DNA of 64,000 nucleotides from a virus (Duplodnaviria > Caudoviricetes), in IMG/VR virus record IMGVR_UViG_3300033070_001154, positions 1 to 64,000 of that record. The stretch is one strand, 5' to 3'. The stretch's first letter is position 1. Each line of letters starts with the position of its first letter. Below are positions 60,588-64,000 of this stretch, in pieces. A program made the translations under genes and the position numbers. Below the pieces are notes generated by a model, which did not search any database, was not told where the DNA came from, and saw nothing but the letters and a program-made list of their open reading frames with translations.

Positions 60588-61933
60588 GGGGACGGCGGGA
60601 GGTCATCATCCACCATCCTGAGGATGCGGCCCCAGCCCTGCTCGACGGAGCGGGCCACGTCGTTCTCGCTTCCGTTGGGGGTGATCACCCAGATCACGGG
60701 GTAGCCCCTGTACTCCCCAGGGGAGCCGATCCAGCCATCGGTGAGGCAGACGCCCACGTCGATGTTCTTCTTCTGGAGCAGGTCCAGGGCGGCGTTCATG
60801 TCCGTGCCGCCTCCGCCCGTCATCTGGGAGGTGATCTGCTGGACGGTGCCAACCCTGCCCCCATCGGTGACCTGGGTATCGCAGAAGGCGACCTCCACAT
60901 CGGCATTGAGGTGGGCGATCAGGCCCATGATCTCGGAGACGCACATCCCGAGCGTGCCCCCCATGGAGCCGGAGGTGTCCTGGATGACTCCGACCCTCGG
61001 GACGAACTCCACCAGGCCCGGCAACCTGGCCTTGCCGATCCCATGGCCGATACCCGCCTGCCTCCGGGAGGGCGTGGTCCAGATGGCGTCCTCGGCGCCG
61101 CTACGGTGCTCGATGTCGGTGCAGACCATCGAGCGGAGGGCGTCCGTCCAGTGGACACGAGGGGGCTTGAGACCGTCCTCGATCTCCAGCAGCAGGCCGG
61201 CGGGGACGCTGCCACGGTTCTGCTCCTCGTGGCGCTGCGCCTTCTCCATCGCGGACTTGACGATCCGCTCGGTCCTGGCCTCGGTCCAGCCGCCCGTCTT
61301 GTCCGCGACCGCCTGGGCGGACTCAGAGAGCTCGTCACCCTCCTGTGGAGCGCACCCCTGACCCGGCTGTCCGGTCCCCTGACCATCCCCGAGCTTCGGG
61401 AGCTTCCCGGCCTTCTTCTTCTGCTTGAGGAGGCCGTAGTAGGCCTCGAAGGTGAGACCATCTTCGAGCCCGAAGTCGGAGGGGAAGACACCAGTGAGCT
61501 TGCCAGTCGGGGGCGTGATCCCCATGGAACCCGCCCGGACCTTCTCGGCAGCCGCCTTGAGCGAGGGGTTGATGGACAGGTCCAAGGCGATGCCAACGAG
61601 CCGGAGATCCGCGTCCGGCTCCCGGAGCAGCACCTTCCGCTTCCTCTTGGCGTGGTTCATGAGGACGTGGAAGGCCTCGTGGGCAATCACGAAGGCCAGC
61701 GCCTTGATCCCTCCGCACTCCACGATCTCCAGCAGGAACTGCGGATGCACCAGCATCTGCGCCCGCTCCGTCACGGCCATGGTGGGCATCCCGCCCGGGG
61801 TGACGATCCGCTCGTCCACGGCGTAGCCCATGGAGACGATCACCGTTTCCAGGTACGGAAACGTCCGCACCGCTGCTGCCCGCGCCAGCAGGAACCGCTC
61901 GCTCGGTGTCCTCGAAACCTTCACGTCTGCCAT
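60584..61933 (-). CDS. Metallopeptidase-like + VWA domain protein (DUF2201-type)
   Basis: IAHEAFHVLMNH (HExxH); MIDAS-type QDTSGSM, GGGGTDM and CLTDG. Confidence 0.88.
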   Translation of the reverse strand: MADVKVSRTPSERFLLARAAAVRTFPYLETVIVSMGYAVDERIVTPGGMPTMAVTERAQMLVHPQFLLEIVECGGIKALAFVIAHEAFHVLMNHAKRKRKVLLREPDADLRLVGIALDLSINPSLKAAAEKVRAGSMGITPPTGKLTGVFPSDFGLEDGLTFEAYYGLLKQKKKAGKLPKLGDGQGTGQPGQGCAPQEGDELSESAQAVADKTGGWTEARTERIVKSAMEKAQRHEEQNRGSVPAGLLLEIEDGLKPPRVHWTDALRSMVCTDIEHRSGAEDAIWTTPSRRQAGIGHGIGKARLPGLVEFVPRVGVIQDTSGSMGGTLGMCVSEIMGLIAHLNADVEVAFCDTQVTDGGRVGTVQQITSQMTGGGGTDMNAALDLLQKKNIDVGVCLTDGWIGSPGEYRGYPVIWVITPNGSENDVARSVEQGWGRILRMVDDDLPPSP

Positions 61934-62118
61934 AGCTCTCTCCTCAGCTCATCTGCGATGGCCGTCCTGAACCAGGCGGCCCCAATGCAATCTTCAAGTT
62001 CCCGACAGTGCAGCGTGGCGACGTGTCGGATGAGCGGGTCTTTGCGCTCTATGAGGATGTCCGCGTGGTTGCGGAGCCGTCTCATCAGGTGGTTTTCCCA
62101 CCGCTTGATCAGGGGCAT
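61921..62118 (-). CDS. Small helical hypothetical
   Basis: MPLIKRWENH...; C-terminal part of track ORF 61921..62343. Confidence 0.5.
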   Translation of the reverse strand: MPLIKRWENHLMRRLRNHADILIERKDPLIRHVATLHCRELEDCIGAAWFRTAIADELRRELWQT

Positions 62119-62405
62119 GGCTCGTCGCTCCCCATCAGATGTGCCGTGTAGAGCTGGAGCAGGAACTCCCCCGCTTCCCCTGGGATGGAAGCAAAGAAGG
62201 CATTGGGGTCGTGGATGACCAGGACCTGCTCCCCCGGCTTGTACTCGTATGTGGAAGTTCTCCACTCGGCTCCTGGAGCAGGAGTGGGAATGTCCAGGCC
62301 GTTCTCGTTGTACGCCTCCACGCTGTCTTCGGACATCACCCACTGGGGCTTGTTCAACAGGTGCTGCATCAGCCCCTTACAGAGTGTGAGCATGTAGGGC
62401 GCCAC
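62109..62405 (-). CDS. Small protein, paralog of 62407..62706
   Basis: GGAGGA plus GTG start; ends AFFASIPGEAGEFLLQLYTAHLMGSDEPCP. Confidence 0.65.
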   Translation of the reverse strand: MAPYMLTLCKGLMQHLLNKPQWVMSEDSVEAYNENGLDIPTPAPGAEWRTSTYEYKPGEQVLVIHDPNAFFASIPGEAGEFLLQLYTAHLMGSDEPCP

Positions 62406-62406
62406 T

Positions 62407-62706
62407 TCACTCCTCCATGAGGTTCCGGGTGTAGACCAGCCTAAGCAGGTCGCCGCCGGGTCCTCCGACTGATTCGATGAAGGCGGCCCGGTTGGTGACC
62501 CTGACGACCCGCTCCCCATGCATCCATGCGTGCTCGGAGACTGCGTACTCCATGCCGTTGTCTGTAGCAGGCTCGGGGATGTGGAATCCCCTATCCCTGC
62601 AATCCTCGATGTACCATATGGCCAGGACATCAGCAGGCTCCATGTCCAGGACCTCGACCATGTCTATGGCCCAGTCCATGGAGGACATGCTACTGTCAGT
62701 CGCCAT
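62407..62706 (-). CDS. Small protein, paralog of 62109..62405
   Basis: Ends AFIESVGGPGGDLLRLVYTRNLMEE. Confidence 0.65.
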   Translation of the reverse strand: MATDSSMSSMDWAIDMVEVLDMEPADVLAIWYIEDCRDRGFHIPEPATDNGMEYAVSEHAWMHGERVVRVTNRAAFIESVGGPGGDLLRLVYTRNLMEE

Positions 62707-63988
62707 CGCCTCCGGAGGCGATCCGGGCGGTGAGGGCCCGGTAGTCCGCGGTGAACTTCTGGCCGTCGGGCGAGGACAGGTCGGAGAGGTCGCCCGTCTC
62801 CGTCGCGTTCTTCAGGATCAGCTTCGCGCCGGAGAGGACGGTCTCCAGTCCGGAGATGGGCGAGAGGTGCAGGGCGTGCTTCCAGAAGGCCGCGACCCGA
62901 CGCTTCCTCTCCGGCGAGCCCTTGGGGAGGGCGAGGATGTGGGTCGCGCTGCCCGTCATGATGACCAGCGTCCTGTCGTCCCGACCCCTCTCGAACTTGG
63001 GGGCGGCGTCTCCGATGAGCTTCCCGTCCAGCCAGAGGCCGTAGTCGGGGATGTCCTGCTCGCGGAGCCACTCCATCAGCTCGCCGCCGATGGGGCCGAC
63101 GCAGCCACGGATGAGCTCCCCGAGCTCCAGGTCGTCGCTCTCGTGCTCCTTGCAGGAGATCATCCCCAGGTGCCGGAGCGTGCGGTAGGTCGCCAGCACG
63201 TCCGCCACGTTGGTCCACGACCGGGGCGAGGGCCAGGGTCCATCCGACATGGGGCTGTTGGGCTCCGGCTGCTTGTGCAGGATGTCGCCCTTCGCGCCGT
63301 CGTATCGGGCCACGAAGCCCCCGAAAATCTCCGCCATGGCCCGACCACGCTGGGCCTGTCGGTCGGCCAGGACAGCCGCCTCGATCTTGCCGAACTCCAT
63401 CCTGTACCCGGAGTAGTCGGGCTCGATGCGGTCCGCGAAGGCCGACTCCGCGCTGGAGGCGACGCCGTACTGCATCATCTCCTCCGCCGTCGGGGAGGGC
63501 CACCGGATGTGGCAGGCCCGGTTGGCCTCCGGGGCGCTGAGGGGCCGACCGTTCACGGCCTCCTTGGTGGCGTTGCTGGCCGCCCAGACACGCACTCCCA
63601 CCGGAGTGGTCGCGTCCCCGAACATCCGCTCCTGGAAGAGGCCCAGCAGGGCCGGACGGACGATGCCCGGGGCCGACCGCAGCTCGTCCACCAGGATCAG
63701 CCCGTGGCCCACCTCGATGAGCCTGTCGATGTCGTCGTTGATCGGGAACTTGAGCACGTCCCGGTTGTGCTTGTTGGTGTACGGGACGGGAACGACCCCG
63801 AAGTACCCGTCCCCCTTCTGGCCGGGGCTGAGGTGCAGGAAGGGGGAGAGAAAGTGCTTCGCCCATGCCTTGTTCTTGGCGGTCTTGGCCAGCCCCGGCG
63901 AGCCCGTCCAGAGGACGGGGAGGCCCCACCCACCAGAGACCGGGGTGAACCACGCAAGGAAGGCGACCTTATCGTACTTGATGCCCAT
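62696..63988 (-). CDS. MoxR-like AAA+ ATPase
   Basis: Walker A GSPGLAKT, Walker B ILVDE, sensor-1 AASN, Arg-finger region ANRACH; very high GC3. Confidence 0.88.
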   Translation of the reverse strand: MGIKYDKVAFLAWFTPVSGGWGLPVLWTGSPGLAKTAKNKAWAKHFLSPFLHLSPGQKGDGYFGVVPVPYTNKHNRDVLKFPINDDIDRLIEVGHGLILVDELRSAPGIVRPALLGLFQERMFGDATTPVGVRVWAASNATKEAVNGRPLSAPEANRACHIRWPSPTAEEMMQYGVASSAESAFADRIEPDYSGYRMEFGKIEAAVLADRQAQRGRAMAEIFGGFVARYDGAKGDILHKQPEPNSPMSDGPWPSPRSWTNVADVLATYRTLRHLGMISCKEHESDDLELGELIRGCVGPIGGELMEWLREQDIPDYGLWLDGKLIGDAAPKFERGRDDRTLVIMTGSATHILALPKGSPERKRRVAAFWKHALHLSPISGLETVLSGAKLILKNATETGDLSDLSSPDGQKFTADYRALTARIASGGDGD

Positions 63989-64000
63989 GATGTGTACCCT

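Noticed and set aside
1-64000. CRISPR array, tRNA/rRNA/tmRNA, integrase, transposase, reverse transcriptase/DGR
   Set aside because: None recognised by eye. The only exact long repeat seen is the two-copy 46-mer with no spacer. A tRNAscan or CRISPR scan was not run.
1-64000. Alternative genetic code (stop-codon reassignment)
   Set aside because: Standard code 11 gives dense, full-length, coupled genes ending in TGA, TAG and TAA.

Overview
The window is 64 kb of a GC-rich, contractile-tailed (myovirus-type) phage or prophage genome organised as two convergent arms. The + strand (1-26.4 kb) carries head, neck, tail, baseplate, fibre and lysis genes: probable scaffold, N4-gp56-like major capsid, sheath, tube, tail chaperone with a probable -1 frameshift, tape measure, LysM protein, hub, spike, gp25-like, two J-like proteins, fibres, and a GH25 endolysin flanked by lipoproteins and metalloproteases. 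The - strand (26.5-64 kb) carries replication, recombination and early genes: HNH, ParB-like, compact C5-methylase-like, SbcC/SbcD-like, gp32-like SSB, UvsY-like, family A polymerase (UDG-like domain, mini-intein), HIRAN, primase, DnaB-like helicase (LAGLIDADG intein), SF2 helicase, sigma factor, MoxR-like AAA+ and a peptidase/VWA protein, plus many small ORFs. No terminase, portal, integrase, tRNA, rRNA or CRISPR array was recognised. A myxobacterial host is an inference only. The strongest novel signal is an ungapped ~27-aa C-terminal motif (W-x4-G-x-h-S-x-EE-x5-A-x2-T/A-L-x-L-M-E/G) on at least 8 small proteins with dissimilar N-termini, concentrated around the MoxR/VWA genes. The same tail is hidden in the -1 frame just past the VWA stop codon (TCC CCC TGA), where it is coupled to the next gene. 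All family assignments come from motif recognition by eye; no database search was run.
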